Positions 19,878 to 31,612 of a DNA stretch of 64,000 nt are shown here, one piece after another (the stretch's first letter is position 1; every line of letters starts with the position of its first letter). The notes beneath the pieces are model-generated. The model saw only the letters and a list, made by a program, of their open reading frames with translations. It ran no database searches and was not told the origin of the DNA. The position numbers were made by a program, and so were the translations under genes. The stretch spans positions 1 to 64,000 of IMG/VR virus record IMGVR_UViG_3300021476_000423, one strand, 5' to 3'. The DNA is from a virus.

Positions 19878-20921
19878 ATGAAATTCGACTTTCCTATCGA
19901 GTGTGTCGTCAAAGAACTAGAAGGATTGCATGAAGTCATTCTCAGTGAACAAACCACTCCTCTCAAACGAAACGAGTTGATTGCCCAAGTCCAAGACACT
20001 CTTCAGAGACTCAACGGTTCGATTTTGTGCAATTGCCATGACCATCGTTGCATTTACTATCGAAATCAGATGTGCTTATGCCGTGCAAATCTTAAATGTC
20101 GAGAGATAGGATTCACTTTCAATCTGCCGAGAAGTAATTTCAGTGATGAGCAGTTGGCGGTTTTCAAAGACGCAGTAACCACAGAAGAGGCGAGTCGCAA
20201 GCCTAACGAACCCTTCATTGTGTGGAAGGTTAGAGTAACAGCAAAGGTTGACGAAACAGCCTATTACGTCTGGAATTACAAAGACGTAGGGACAACTCGA
20301 TATGGTTATCCATCATGGCGAGATACAACAGAGTCAGCCGGAGAGACAAACTTCAAGGCTTACATGGCGCAACTTCGTCACGACCCTGTTATGGCCAAAT
20401 CTGTAGGATGCTTTGCGTGTTCGGTAGTCTTTCAAACTCAGGAAAATCTTGAGGCTCATGTGGACAGACTAAGGTTTTTGCACGATACAGAGCACACGAC
20501 AACGGCAAAAATGGTTACACCAGACAGCGTAACTTCAGTAAGACCTTCGCCGCCAACCTACCACTACCCAATTCCTCCGCCAACGGTAAGACCTAGACCC
20601 TTCGCAGGTGGTTTTTCAGGGCCAACATCGATAGACCGATTCCCGCGAGATGCACATGACACTCCAACCACTTACAGAACGACGTTTGCAGATTACATGA
20701 GAGACAACATAATTGCTACTTATCCAAGTGCGTTAGGGTGCTATGAGTGCGGCAAAATCTTCCCACAATCAGAGATGGTAAATGACCACTTGATGCGAGC
20801 GCACGGTTACGAATCGCCAATCTCTGACGACCTTGTAGTTTACCCAAGTCCAGAATTAGACTGGATGCAAGATGAGGCGGCAGAAGACTACAATCCTGAG
20901 AGGGACGGGCCTAACCGATGA
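19878..20921 (+). CDS. C2H2 zinc-finger protein
   Basis: CFAC..F......AH and CYECGKIF......HLMRAH, plus an N-terminal CNCH cluster. Confidence 0.65.
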   Translation: MKFDFPIECVVKELEGLHEVILSEQTTPLKRNELIAQVQDTLQRLNGSILCNCHDHRCIYYRNQMCLCRANLKCREIGFTFNLPRSNFSDEQLAVFKDAVTTEEASRKPNEPFIVWKVRVTAKVDETAYYVWNYKDVGTTRYGYPSWRDTTESAGETNFKAYMAQLRHDPVMAKSVGCFACSVVFQTQENLEAHVDRLRFLHDTEHTTTAKMVTPDSVTSVRPSPPTYHYPIPPPTVRPRPFAGGFSGPTSIDRFPRDAHDTPTTYRTTFADYMRDNIIATYPSALGCYECGKIFPQSEMVNDHLMRAHGYESPISDDLVVYPSPELDWMQDEAAEDYNPERDGPNR

Positions 20922-21257
20922 GACGAACACCACAACAGATAGCCATAGCCACACGGCTAAGTCTTTATGGCAAATTGAGCAAACGACTCGACATTGAATG
21001 CCGAGTTATTGAGGCAGACGCACTTCTCAAATCGACATTGGACTCTGGCTCAGTCACTCAAAAAACCAAAGTCTATGCGACACTTAACAACAAACTCGGA
21101 ATTGCGTTGGGATGCAATTGTCACAATATGGTTTGTGTATTCCGCAACCGAAGCGGAAGTTGTGAGTGCATTGGGAATTCGTCGGCAATTCATTGCACCG
21201 GACTTTACGCTTTCGGCCAAAAAGGTGATAACCTAGTCCTTCCACAGAGGGTTCATC

Positions 21258-22109
21258 TTGAGTAACAACATTCAATCCGTGGTCTTCGTAGATGTCGGCG
21301 TAAGCAAGACGGAAACGCCACAACGTCTAGCGGCCAGACTAGAACCAATACTCAAGGCCAATGGCATCGAGTTCTTCAACAACCCTACTGAAAGACCAAG
21401 AGGCGATTACCTAGTCATTAGATGGGGTGCGACCAGAATGCCACACTTGGACAGTGGAGCCAAGGGCATTCTAAATCCTGCCGAAAGGATTGCTCTCAAT
21501 GCCAACGACAAACGGGCCGCACACAGAGCAATGTTAGAGGCTGGCGTGAGCACTCCGCAATTCTGGACAACGTGGGAAGAAGCCAAAGTTAAGGCAACCG
21601 AGTTGGGGTGCGACTTGCTCCGACGCAGACTCCACCACACAAGAGGGAAGGACATCTTGAGACTCAAGCCAAGCGACGAATTGCCCCGGCGCAGAAGGTC
21701 GGGATACTACGTCCAGTTGTTAGACAAGGATGCCGAGTTCAGACTCCATGTGTTTGGAGACAAGTGCATTGGCATGGCGCAGAAGGTCAACAACTCAGGA
21801 CAAGGAGACTCACTGATTTGGAATGACGACAACGGATGGGACTTTGTGTATATCCCACAGGATGAGAGAGAGCAGATTCCCCACTACAAGAAAATGGTGG
21901 CCGAGTCAGCGAAGGCTCTCAAGGCCATTGGCTTGAGTTTTGGGGCGGTGGACTTGGTTATGGTCAAAGGTCAGCCCTACATACTCGAAGTCAACACAGC
22001 CCCGGCCCTTCACCAGACCAAACGTTACTCCAAAGCAATGTTGGCATGGGTTGTTAGGGAATTCGGCAAACATTTAGATATACCCCCTACCCTAGAGTCA
22101 GAATCATGA
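21258..22109 (+). CDS. ATP-grasp ligase (RimK/YheCD-like, phage type)
   Basis: Motifs IRWG, DKRAAH, YYVQ...EFRLHV, FGAVDLV and YILEVNTAP. Confidence 0.85.
   Translation: MSNNIQSVVFVDVGVSKTETPQRLAARLEPILKANGIEFFNNPTERPRGDYLVIRWGATRMPHLDSGAKGILNPAERIALNANDKRAAHRAMLEAGVSTPQFWTTWEEAKVKATELGCDLLRRRLHHTRGKDILRLKPSDELPRRRRSGYYVQLLDKDAEFRLHVFGDKCIGMAQKVNNSGQGDSLIWNDDNGWDFVYIPQDEREQIPHYKKMVAESAKALKAIGLSFGAVDLVMVKGQPYILEVNTAPALHQTKRYSKAMLAWVVREFGKHLDIPPTLESES
22064..22092 (+). promoter_or_regulatory. Early-type promoter motif inside the 3' end of the ATP-grasp gene
   Basis: CGGCAA-ACATTTAG-ATATACCCCCTACCC, with ATG 22106 at +28. Confidence 0.65.
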
Positions 22110-23088
22110 GCACAAACACTTTCGCTTGCTTGGAGCATGGGCTTATTACCCATGACGCTCAAGAATGAGCACGACACCTAGCGAGACAGCACAAGGGTTG
22201 TCTCCTAGAGGAATCAGCATAGACCTTCCAAAGCCTTACACCTACAAAGCCACATTCAAAGCACTAGAGCCGGAGCCAGAACCGATAGCCCCTGCCATAG
22301 ACATTGAAGAGATAGCGAAAATCCTAAACCCTCAATCCATTAAAGGAGAAGTGGAATTGAAAGGAGAAAGAGTTGCCAGAACTTAAGCAAGTAGACGATT
22401 GCTCTTATCAGGAATGTGGTGATACAGCCGTTCACTACCATAAAGTCTTATCAGACGGCACAGAGTCATGTCCTGATGAGATGAGAGATTGAGACTCATA
22501 CTCGAACCTCACAAATACAGTCCTGAGACTTGTTCAGGATGCTATGCGATGGAGCAATACAAGCGATATTTCAATCGCAATGCGGAGACTCACATAGCAT
22601 GACCAAACGACCAAAGAAACAACCGAGCATCGACAACGCCGGAGACCAGAGAGTGATAGAGGCTCAGAGACATATCAATGAAGCCGATACACGCCCGCTA
22701 GGTGGTCTTCCCAAGTCATCACCCTTCCCACTGAAGGAAGAGTCTTTCCTATTCTCAATCATAGTCACAGTGCGAAATGACAAAGTGATTGAAGCAACGA
22801 AAGCGCATTCGCTTATGCTCGATTCTCTTAATGACATGAGAAAGAAAGGGGAGATAGTGCGTTATCAGACCAGTGTGACTCAAGTGATTAACAGAGGGCA
22901 AGACGTAAGTTGACTTGGAATCGAGCCATCTATACTTGGCAACCAAGAAGGCTTTGGGCTTCACTTGCTTGCAGACTCACAAGCCACAAGTGGCTTGAAG
23001 GGTCTTGTCCTACAATTGGGATGCAAGAATACATTGAATCGGCTAGGGGGCGAGTGTGTCAGCGATGCAAAAGAGCAGAGATTTGGAT

Positions 23089-23493
23089 ATGATTCGCCGC
23101 TACAAACCCGCAGACTATGAGAGGGTCGTGGACTTCATCCGAAAGTTTGGAGACCACCATATACTTGGACTACCAGAGCGCAAGTCAGATGTGAGAGTAG
23201 GCTTTCTCAAAGAGTTTGATGGAGAGATTGTCGGGTATTCGGCTATGAGTCTCGACCAAAGGTATTCAATCACAGTTGTTCATCCTGATTGGCGGGGCAG
23301 TGGTCTCGGAAAGAGACTTCTCCATCGAAAGATTGATTGGGCCAAAGAAAAGGGTCTCAAGTATCTTGAGACAAAGGTGGGTGTGTCGAACTACGCCAGC
23401 ATCGGAATGCTCAACAAAATCGGTTATGAAGTCGTTGGACTAGGCACTGCTACCACCGGAAAGCCTACCCTAACTATGAGATTGACTCTCTGA
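23089..23493 (+). CDS. GNAT acetyltransferase
   Basis: Acetyl-CoA motif VVHPDWRGSGLGKRLL and N..SIGML.KIGY. Probable start MIRRYK. Confidence 0.85.
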   Translation: MIRRYKPADYERVVDFIRKFGDHHILGLPERKSDVRVGFLKEFDGEIVGYSAMSLDQRYSITVVHPDWRGSGLGKRLLHRKIDWAKEKGLKYLETKVGVSNYASIGMLNKIGYEVVGLGTATTGKPTLTMRLTL

Positions 23494-26400
23494 TGGCCTA
23501 CCATTGTATTATTTGCCAATACAGAACATCATTCTGGTATTTGGCCAAACTCCATCATTCGCTCACAAAAGGCTATCACAAGCCGAGAGGTTTGTGGAGA
23601 CGACTTTTCTACAACAGCACAGTCTCAGGACACACCCTAGTTTACATCGAACCAGAGTTTGACCCAATATGAAACTCTCTCCAAAGCAAAAGACTTGGCT
23701 CTTTGCCGACATTGTAGAGTTCATCCAATACCTAAGATTCGGTGAGATTCCAGAGCGATTCAAATGAAACTAAACCGAACTTCAACTTGGGACGAGAAAA
23801 CAGGGATGATTGTCGAAGACTACACTTGGATAACTCCCCTTTGGCATCTGGAAGAATACGAGACAGTATGGGGCCGCAGAACGCCCAAATTTCAGAAGGA
23901 AAAGCCAGAGGATATTTGGCTCACTGACCTTTGGATGAAAGAGATGTTCGAAGCAACATGGAGAAGGAAGGCATGACAGATTTCTACAACCCTTACAAAG
24001 AAACCTCATGGTGGTATGAAGGGCGATGCAGTTGCGGCGGTCGAATGTGGACTCCTGATGGTATAGAAGAACATGGTTCACCTAGTCAGGTTCGCAAATG
24101 GCATGAAGAACACAAAATCACATATCCCAATGGACTTCACACGCTTTCTATCTATCGTGTAGTCGAGAGAGCAACACACACTTTCGCAGAGGCTTTAGTC
24201 AATTGACCGACTCTTCTGATGACATTTTTACCAAAATCAAAAGGGACTTGGGCGCATTCGGAGAACAAAACAAATGGCTTCTAGATGCAATCGAAGAGTA
24301 TGGGTCAGTCAGATATGACGAAGGTTATGATGATGGAATCGAAGCCGAAGCCTATGATGAGGACATGAGAGAAGATTGACCAAACTCTATAGTTACAAGT
24401 TGCTCAATCCACAACCCGTTCTGAGAGCCTTAACGAATCGGCGGCTCATTAGAAGGATGGGATGGAACAGTGTTTTCATGGGGATGGACATTCACTACTT
24501 CAATTCTAAGTGGGCCAACAACGGGATGGAAGATTAGAGATGCCTTACATTTTCATCGATGACACAAGACCACCGATGCCACCGAATCGCAAGGTAGTCA
24601 AACCCCTCTTAGGACTTGAGTTCATGATGCTAGAGATAGCAGAGACTAGAAAAGCAATCAAAGAGAAAATTGCCTTTGTTGAAACCGAAGAGAGTTTTCC
24701 GTGGGATGATGAGAAAAGGCGAGAAATCTATAACAACGCTCATAAAACAATCAGTGCTCTCAACTTACTTGAACAAAGCCTACTCTTTTGGGGCGGTCGA
24801 AAGAACTACGGAGAGATTCAACCTTGACTTGCGCCGTGATAGGATGCCCCAATGAGAGAACATCCACCTCATCGTTGTGCGCCAAGCACTACAGAGCATG
24901 GGAGAAGTATCGAGACCACTCAAGCAACAATGGAGCCAATGAAGTGATATTGGCCTTCGCCTTTCTAGCCGATGCAGAGCACAAACTAAGGAGCGAGAGC
25001 AATGGCCAATAAAGTCGTATTCTATCTTGGTTTCACCATAGTTTGTGGAGCCTTCTTACTCTCATTGTATGTCGCACTTGCTTCGCCGCCAGTGGAATAC
25101 GGAGTTAGCGGCATGAACGGGTCGAGCGCATCCTACTATTCATGGGGTGGCCCAATTCTTCCCTTCTATGTCTCACTAATCATACTTCTGATAGGCTTTG
25201 TCACAGCAATCATTGGAACGCAGATTCCTTCTGGAATCCGGCAAGAAGACTCATATAGGGTAGAGAGTGGGGTATAGGGTATGGTTAACTTCAGAGAGTT
25301 GGCAGAGCGTCTTCGTAAGGCCGAAGAAAGGGAAATGAAAAGGGGCTATGCTGGCGAGTGGGCTTACTACAAGTTTGCCGAAATCGATGCCGTGGCCTCA
25401 GAGTTAGAGAGATTAGAGTAAAATGACACTAGCGGAAGTTGCGCCATCGAAAGCAGATTTGGAAAGAAGGCAAGGCAAACTCATCAAAGAACTTGAACGC
25501 TTCATCGAAGAGGTTGCTGATGTTGACTTCGGTAGGTTGGAACCAACAAGTCGAGACAGAGCAGGAGTGACGCTTGGTGGCACAACATCAGACCTTTCAC
25601 AACTACGTCAAAAGTTCTACATGAACATTGAGAGGGGAGAATAAATGAGAAGCGAGCAAGAGATTCGGGACATGGTAAAGACCACAGAGCGTCAGATGAA
25701 GTATGCTCAAACGGCTATTGCCAATCCAACTTCACCATTTGACTCACAACGGCTAGTCATTGACTCTGTATGGATTAATGCTCTCAAGTGGGTGCTCGAA
25801 GAGGACTTGGATGCCGACACTAAGAGGGAAATGTAAACTTGGCAAGAGACTTGAGTAAGATTCAAGTGTGTGATTGGACTTTGGTTGAATTGGCAAAGGA
25901 AATCAAGAAATACACTGATTCTCTTCAATATCTTACCGACGAATTTGAGAGGCGCATGAGGTAGATGAAGGAACTTCGCTTCCAGCGTTATGTTCGAGAC
26001 AATACAATGGCGGGTTCGGGAGAGAGCACCTACACTTCACTCCAATCCCTGCGAGACATCTTTGAAGGCTATAAACTAGGGAAGGTCTATCCATTAGAGG
26101 ACAACACCTACCTTGTGATTAAGAAAGATGAAGTTCTAATCTACAGTGCAAAACAGCAAGAACACCTAAATAGGGTGGGGTAGGGGGTATACCTATGATT
26201 GAAGGGAACAACACCAAAGCGAAGCACGACAAAGAGCATACGACTCTAGAGCCAGAGTTCTGTATGTGGTGCTACCTTGAGTTGAACGACATGGCGGCTC
26301 AGATAGTCGGAGGTTCAAGATACTGATGAAGGATTCAACAGGACTAGGACTGACGGCATTATCAGCAAGCACATTAGCAGTGATAATGGCTGGATTTGGG

Positions 26401-28856
26401 ATAGCATGGGGAGCCGCATTCTTCGGCGGAATGGGCGGATTCTTCACATGGGGCGCTCTGGAAGCAAAGGATGAGGGAGACTAGATTTCAATATGAGCCT
26501 CAAGCCCGGAGTCTGGCGTGTCACTTGGGTTGTGAACCCCAAGACCGACGATGAAGTGAAGATGTCCGAACTTGTCTATGAGGTAGGCAATGGCGATGAA
26601 GCAATAGCCAAGATAAAGGCCCGATACACGCAGGGCGAAATCATCAAAGTGACTGGCGTAACTCAATTGAGGTAGAAAAAATGGTCAATACTAAGAAGGA
26701 TACAGTTATAGAACAAGCCAATGCCTTCAAAGCGAAGTATGGTGAATACCCGACAATGCCTATCACTGTTCGCTATGATTATCTCTCCCAACAAAGTGTC
26801 GTTGGAGAACTCAAACCTGTCAAAATGGGTGGCTATATGATATTCGGCTATCCCGGCATAGTCTCGCCACAGGATGCCGAAGTCCAGAATCTCACCTTAC
26901 TCAAGGATGGGCAAAACCGACTCTTCCCCAATATCAAACCAAAAGAACTCGAAACAAAGACGGTGTTTTACTAAATGATAAACTACACTCTCATCATAGC
27001 AGTCATTGGATTCATGGTCATATCAGTCAGTGTAGTTCTGATGGCCTACTTCAGCAGTCGGCGCAAGAGTTTCAGACAACAGAAAGAGGAGAGCCACAAT
27101 GGGCAACGGTAAGACATCCTGTTACGCTTATGGATGCCGCCAACCTGCGGAACTAGAAATTACTTTTCCCTTTAATGTGAAAACTCTTCGTTACTGTAGG
27201 AAAGACGGACAATGGGAAATTGCTTCCAATCAGGGCCAACTTGTGAGAGAGAAGAAAGGTGGACGATGGAAAGACCTTCTTCTTCGTGACCCCGCCGACG
27301 AGACAGAGCCACGCATCATGCTTCAAATCCTCTACAATCTGTTGGCTAACATAACTCGGAATGTTGGCCGAAAGCAATCATGGAATGAGACAGTCTACCG
27401 TCGCATACTTCACGCAAGAAAGTTGGCCAAAGTCTACGTCAATAAAACAGGGGGGATTACCCACTAATGGAAGAGCAAAAGAAGACCGTCGAAGTCACCG
27501 AGTATACTTGTTCCTTCTGCTATGGGGTCAAATCCTACAGCAAGAAGAAGATTGAGAGGCATGAGAAGAAGTGCGCCTCCCGACCCTTTGCTCTTACACC
27601 TTATGAGTGGGGCGAGAAAGAACTTGACGATAGAGGCATAGGACAATATGCCGAAGAACTTTTGAGAGATGCCGTTAGTCAAACACCAAAGCAAGATGGA
27701 TGGAGCCATGATGGGAGCCAGATTGAGTTGGACTACCCCTATCTTCGCACTGAGAAATGGTATGCAAGAGACTATCTCGAAGTGAGAGCCAGAGACGTTG
27801 AAGACGTTCTGAAAATATTGAAGAGTCCGGCATTCATGGAACAAGTCCAAAAGAGGGCTGATGAGATGAGGGAGAAGGCTATCAAACTCATTGCTGACTT
27901 CGCCAAGAAAGCCAAGTTGGAGATACCTGTAGAGTTGGAAGAGAAAGATGATGTAGCAGGGGATGTGGAACTAATGGAGGTAAGGTAGTTGGCCCAAGCA
28001 ACCGTCAAAAACCGAATCCGAAGTGGGAGTGGATATAGAGTCAGTCTTCGTAGCACTGAGATTCCGAGTAACTTTGACAAGCGTGAACCAGTCGTGGGTT
28101 TAGCAATGGGTCTTAAGTTGGACTTCCGACCACCCAAAGACATCGATGAGATGATGGATATTCCGCCTCAGAAGTCAGATGGCGCAAGCCAAATGTATAT
28201 TTGGTTTAGTGAGTTCGACATAGCCGACATCGCCGCCTATCTAGTCAACATGGGTCTGATGAAGTCGGAGTTAGTGCAACGTAGGATTGCTGAGAGCAAA
28301 GAGTTCTTCGAACAGGAGAAGAAGAACCTTGGTTAACGCACATTATGGTTGTGTCGAAGTGGGCGATTTCTACATTTACGTCAGTGAGGCAATACTCAAC
28401 CATGACAAACGAAAGCAAACCCAAGCCATCAACATCACGATTGCTGAGAAGGATACTGGTTGGATTCAACAGGGTCTTGATTGGAAAGTGCCTCTGCCGA
28501 ATCTCTCTCCATTGGCCAAGAAAATGAAAGCCAAGCGTTTGAGTAGGATAAAATCTTGAGTATCATCGGCGTTCTCATCGTAGCGACAGTGATGATTCTA
28601 ACAGCATGACCCTCAAAGAACGGGTTGCCTATCTAGAGGAACGAGTGCGGCAGATGGAAGTTGAGATGGGTCGAATGGAACGTGATATTGCTCAACTCCT
28701 GAGAAGGGGAAGAAATGATTGGCCCTATCCACCCTATCGCCCATTACCACCTGACAGACCAGACATTATCATTCATTATGGTGATGAACCGCAACCCTAC
28801 CTCAAAGGCAACCTACCAAAGCGAAAATACAGTAGAACAGGATACGGAAGCAAATA

Positions 28857-29456
28857 ATGGGTCTCGAAATCACTCTCAGTCAAGAGAAGTTCCTTCAAGC
28901 CGTCTATGACTGTGGAGTTCGCCACGGCATAGACTTGGCCCAAGGCCGTCCAGACAAATTGGTGGCTGACAAAAGCCAAACTTTGGCAAAGGAAATCATG
29001 GGAATCAAAGCCGAAATTGCGGCGGCGGCAATGTTCAAAGCAGAATACAAACCCTACAAGTTGGGTCTGAATAACAACAGTCCCGACCTAGACCTACCAG
29101 ACGAAGTGGCTGTTGAATGGTTCGGTTTGCCAAGCGATAGTAAGATGGAAGTCAAATCGCGGCCAAATCGGATGCTCTACTTTGTGAAACTCTTCCCACA
29201 TGAGTCGGCTCGAATCATTGCTCTCTTCTCTGATGTCGGCGGCTGGCAAAGTCCTTCCGTAGAACTTGTTGGTCTCATCACTTACGATGAAGCAATGGCT
29301 CTCTACAAAGCGAATCCTGAAGGACATACCATCGACTTCAAGGCAGGAGTTGGGCCGCAACCTGTCTGGCGTGAGAACGAACTATCCAAATTCCATCTTA
29401 CTCCCTTTGAGATAAACCGACTCGCCAATCAGGGTCTCAAAGTGAGAGAGATTTGA
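28857..29456 (+). CDS. Possible PD-(D/E)XK-fold nuclease
   Basis: GIKAEIA...PDL...MEVKSR. Ends INRLANQGLKVREI. Confidence 0.4.
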   Translation: MGLEITLSQEKFLQAVYDCGVRHGIDLAQGRPDKLVADKSQTLAKEIMGIKAEIAAAAMFKAEYKPYKLGLNNNSPDLDLPDEVAVEWFGLPSDSKMEVKSRPNRMLYFVKLFPHESARIIALFSDVGGWQSPSVELVGLITYDEAMALYKANPEGHTIDFKAGVGPQPVWRENELSKFHLTPFEINRLANQGLKVREI

Positions 29457-31153
29457 GAACAAGGCTTATAAAGTCGGTCAACGAAGGTGTGAGCCATGAG
29501 TGAGAAACTATATGTCGATGTTGAATGCACACTCAAACCGTCTGGCAAGCCATGTGGCTTCAAGACCAGACTTTACGCAAAGGATAAAGCAGGAGGGCTA
29601 GAGTTAATGCGACATTTGGAAGAGTCTCATCGTGTCCATCTTGTTAATGTCCAACCCTTGTCCTTCTTTGTTATTCGAGATACCAATGACCCAACGATAA
29701 AGAATCAAGTGATAAAACCATGAATGAAGAAAGCGACGAACAAGATGAGGACTTCGAGTTGGACGAAGACTTCGACTATGACGACGACTCAGGAGACCAA
29801 GACGGAGCCGAGAAGGATTATGAGTCAAACTGATAGGCCGAGTATTCCTGTCCGTTGTCGTGTATGTAGGACTAGATTCCTTATCACCGAGTTTGAAGAC
29901 GAGATGGGCGAGCCTAAACTCTGTAGCAAAGAATGTGCTGATGAGTTTTCATCATGACAACCACTGACCCCACTATTCAGGTTGAACTCACACAACACGA
30001 TTTCTCTCGTATCTATTATGCTCTCACGACGTATCTTACTTATGAGGCCATCAAACTCTATCTGCCCGGAGCAAAGCCAGAATACATACGCCGACTCATG
30101 AAAGAGAACAAAGAGACAGCAAACCATCTGATAGACCAAGTTCATGCTTATCGCCGTTCTCATGTGACCAAAGACGACGCAGGAGTTGTCCATCTCCATC
30201 TTTGGAATCCAAAGGAAGCAAGACTTTTTACTTACACTTGCCGAGATTGTGGTGTTTCAATGACCATTGAGGCTGATGATGGACATCCTGCTCATGACTA
30301 TTGGATGGAATGTCACAAATGCCCAAAAAAGTGAAACAATTATGAGCAAATTCAGATTCAAACTCGGAGACAAAGTTATGGGACTTGCTTCGAGTCTTGG
30401 TTTAGACATCGTAGTTGTGGGTAAAGTCGCTACGAGAGAACATCGGTTCGACAGAGAAGAACGCACTACTTTCATAGGCAATTACTACAAGATTGTGCTC
30501 GACAAGAAAATTCTACCAATCGATGCTTACCCACGCTCAATTGCGGTAGTCGATGGAACCTATCATCTCAGTGAATCTCGTCTTCAGAAGTTCAATAAAA
30601 ACCGCTTCAACAAAGTATTGGGAGAATGGTTCATGTTCAACTCTGCGGTGAGGTCGATGAACAGGTCAAAAGGACTACTTTACGCCGAAATGTATGGCGT
30701 TAAGGGGCCAACTCTTGCCTAGACGCAAGAAGAATCAGTATGTTCACGTGGTTTGCATTGATTGTGGTTATGTGGTTATAGGAGCCAAGATTGTTTACTT
30801 CGCCATCCCAACCAATTGGGTATGCCGAAAGTGCAATCCAAAATACAATGGAAAAGGAATGGTTACAAAAGGAATGCTTGTGGCCACGGTGTTAGAAGAA
30901 TGAGTGAAAGTGACCAGTGGTTCATCGTAGGACGAAACGGATTGGCCGATGAGAAACTTGTCATCATTCCAATCGGCAACATCCTCTTCGACTTGGAGAT
31001 AGTCTGTGTTCCAAAGCGGCTGGCTAAACTCCATTGGGCCGAGAAACGAATGGAAGAAGCACGACAAACCATTGCTGAAATTGGCTTAGAAGACGAAGAT
31101 GCCACCAAAACCTACGATGCTTACAAACGCCAAGTCTACAAGTTGGCTTTCAA

Positions 31154-31612
31154 ATGAGAGAAGTAGTCGGGGATATCTGGAATTTCTACGATAACGGTAA
31201 GCAGTGGATAGTTATCCCTACCAATGGTGATTGGAATAGAAAGGGTGAGGCTGTCATGGGAAGGGGTTTGGCTTTGGATGCGGCCATTCGATATCCTGAC
31301 ATACCACGGCGTTTGGCACTGGTGCTCATGAGTAATCACGGCAATCATCTGACTCAGTTTGACGATAGAAAGATGTTCACTTTTCCTGTCAAACATCACT
31401 GGCGAGAAGATGCTAACCTAGACCTGATTTACAGAAGCACAAACGAGTTGAGAGCCAGAATTGAATATCAAAATTTGAGTCCTGTTTACCTACCGAGAGT
31501 GGGATGCGGAAACGGTAGGTTGGCGTGGAAGGATGTGAAACCAATACTAGCCGTGTTGGACGATAGATTTACGGTTGTGTTTCCGGCTGAGTCTGTTGCC
31601 GACCCAAGATAG
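31154..31612 (+). CDS. Macro domain protein (ADP-ribose processing, DarG/Poa1p-like)
   Basis: Motifs GDIW, IPTNG...VMGRGLA, FPVKHHW and LPRVGCGNGRLAW. Confidence 0.85.
   Translation: MREVVGDIWNFYDNGKQWIVIPTNGDWNRKGEAVMGRGLALDAAIRYPDIPRRLALVLMSNHGNHLTQFDDRKMFTFPVKHHWREDANLDLIYRSTNELRARIEYQNLSPVYLPRVGCGNGRLAWKDVKPILAVLDDRFTVVFPAESVADPR

Noticed and set aside
22468-22510. Hammerhead-like CTGATGAG...CTCGAA with a small ATGAG/CTCAT stem
   Set aside because: The core reads GAAC rather than GAAA, stems I and III are not evident, and the sequence is explained by the CPDEMRD coding junction.
11693-31399. Numerous minus-strand ORFs within the plus-strand array, and plus-strand ORFs opposite PolB, portal and tail genes
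   Set aside because: They are antisense shadows of tightly packed, translationally coupled genes on the other strand.
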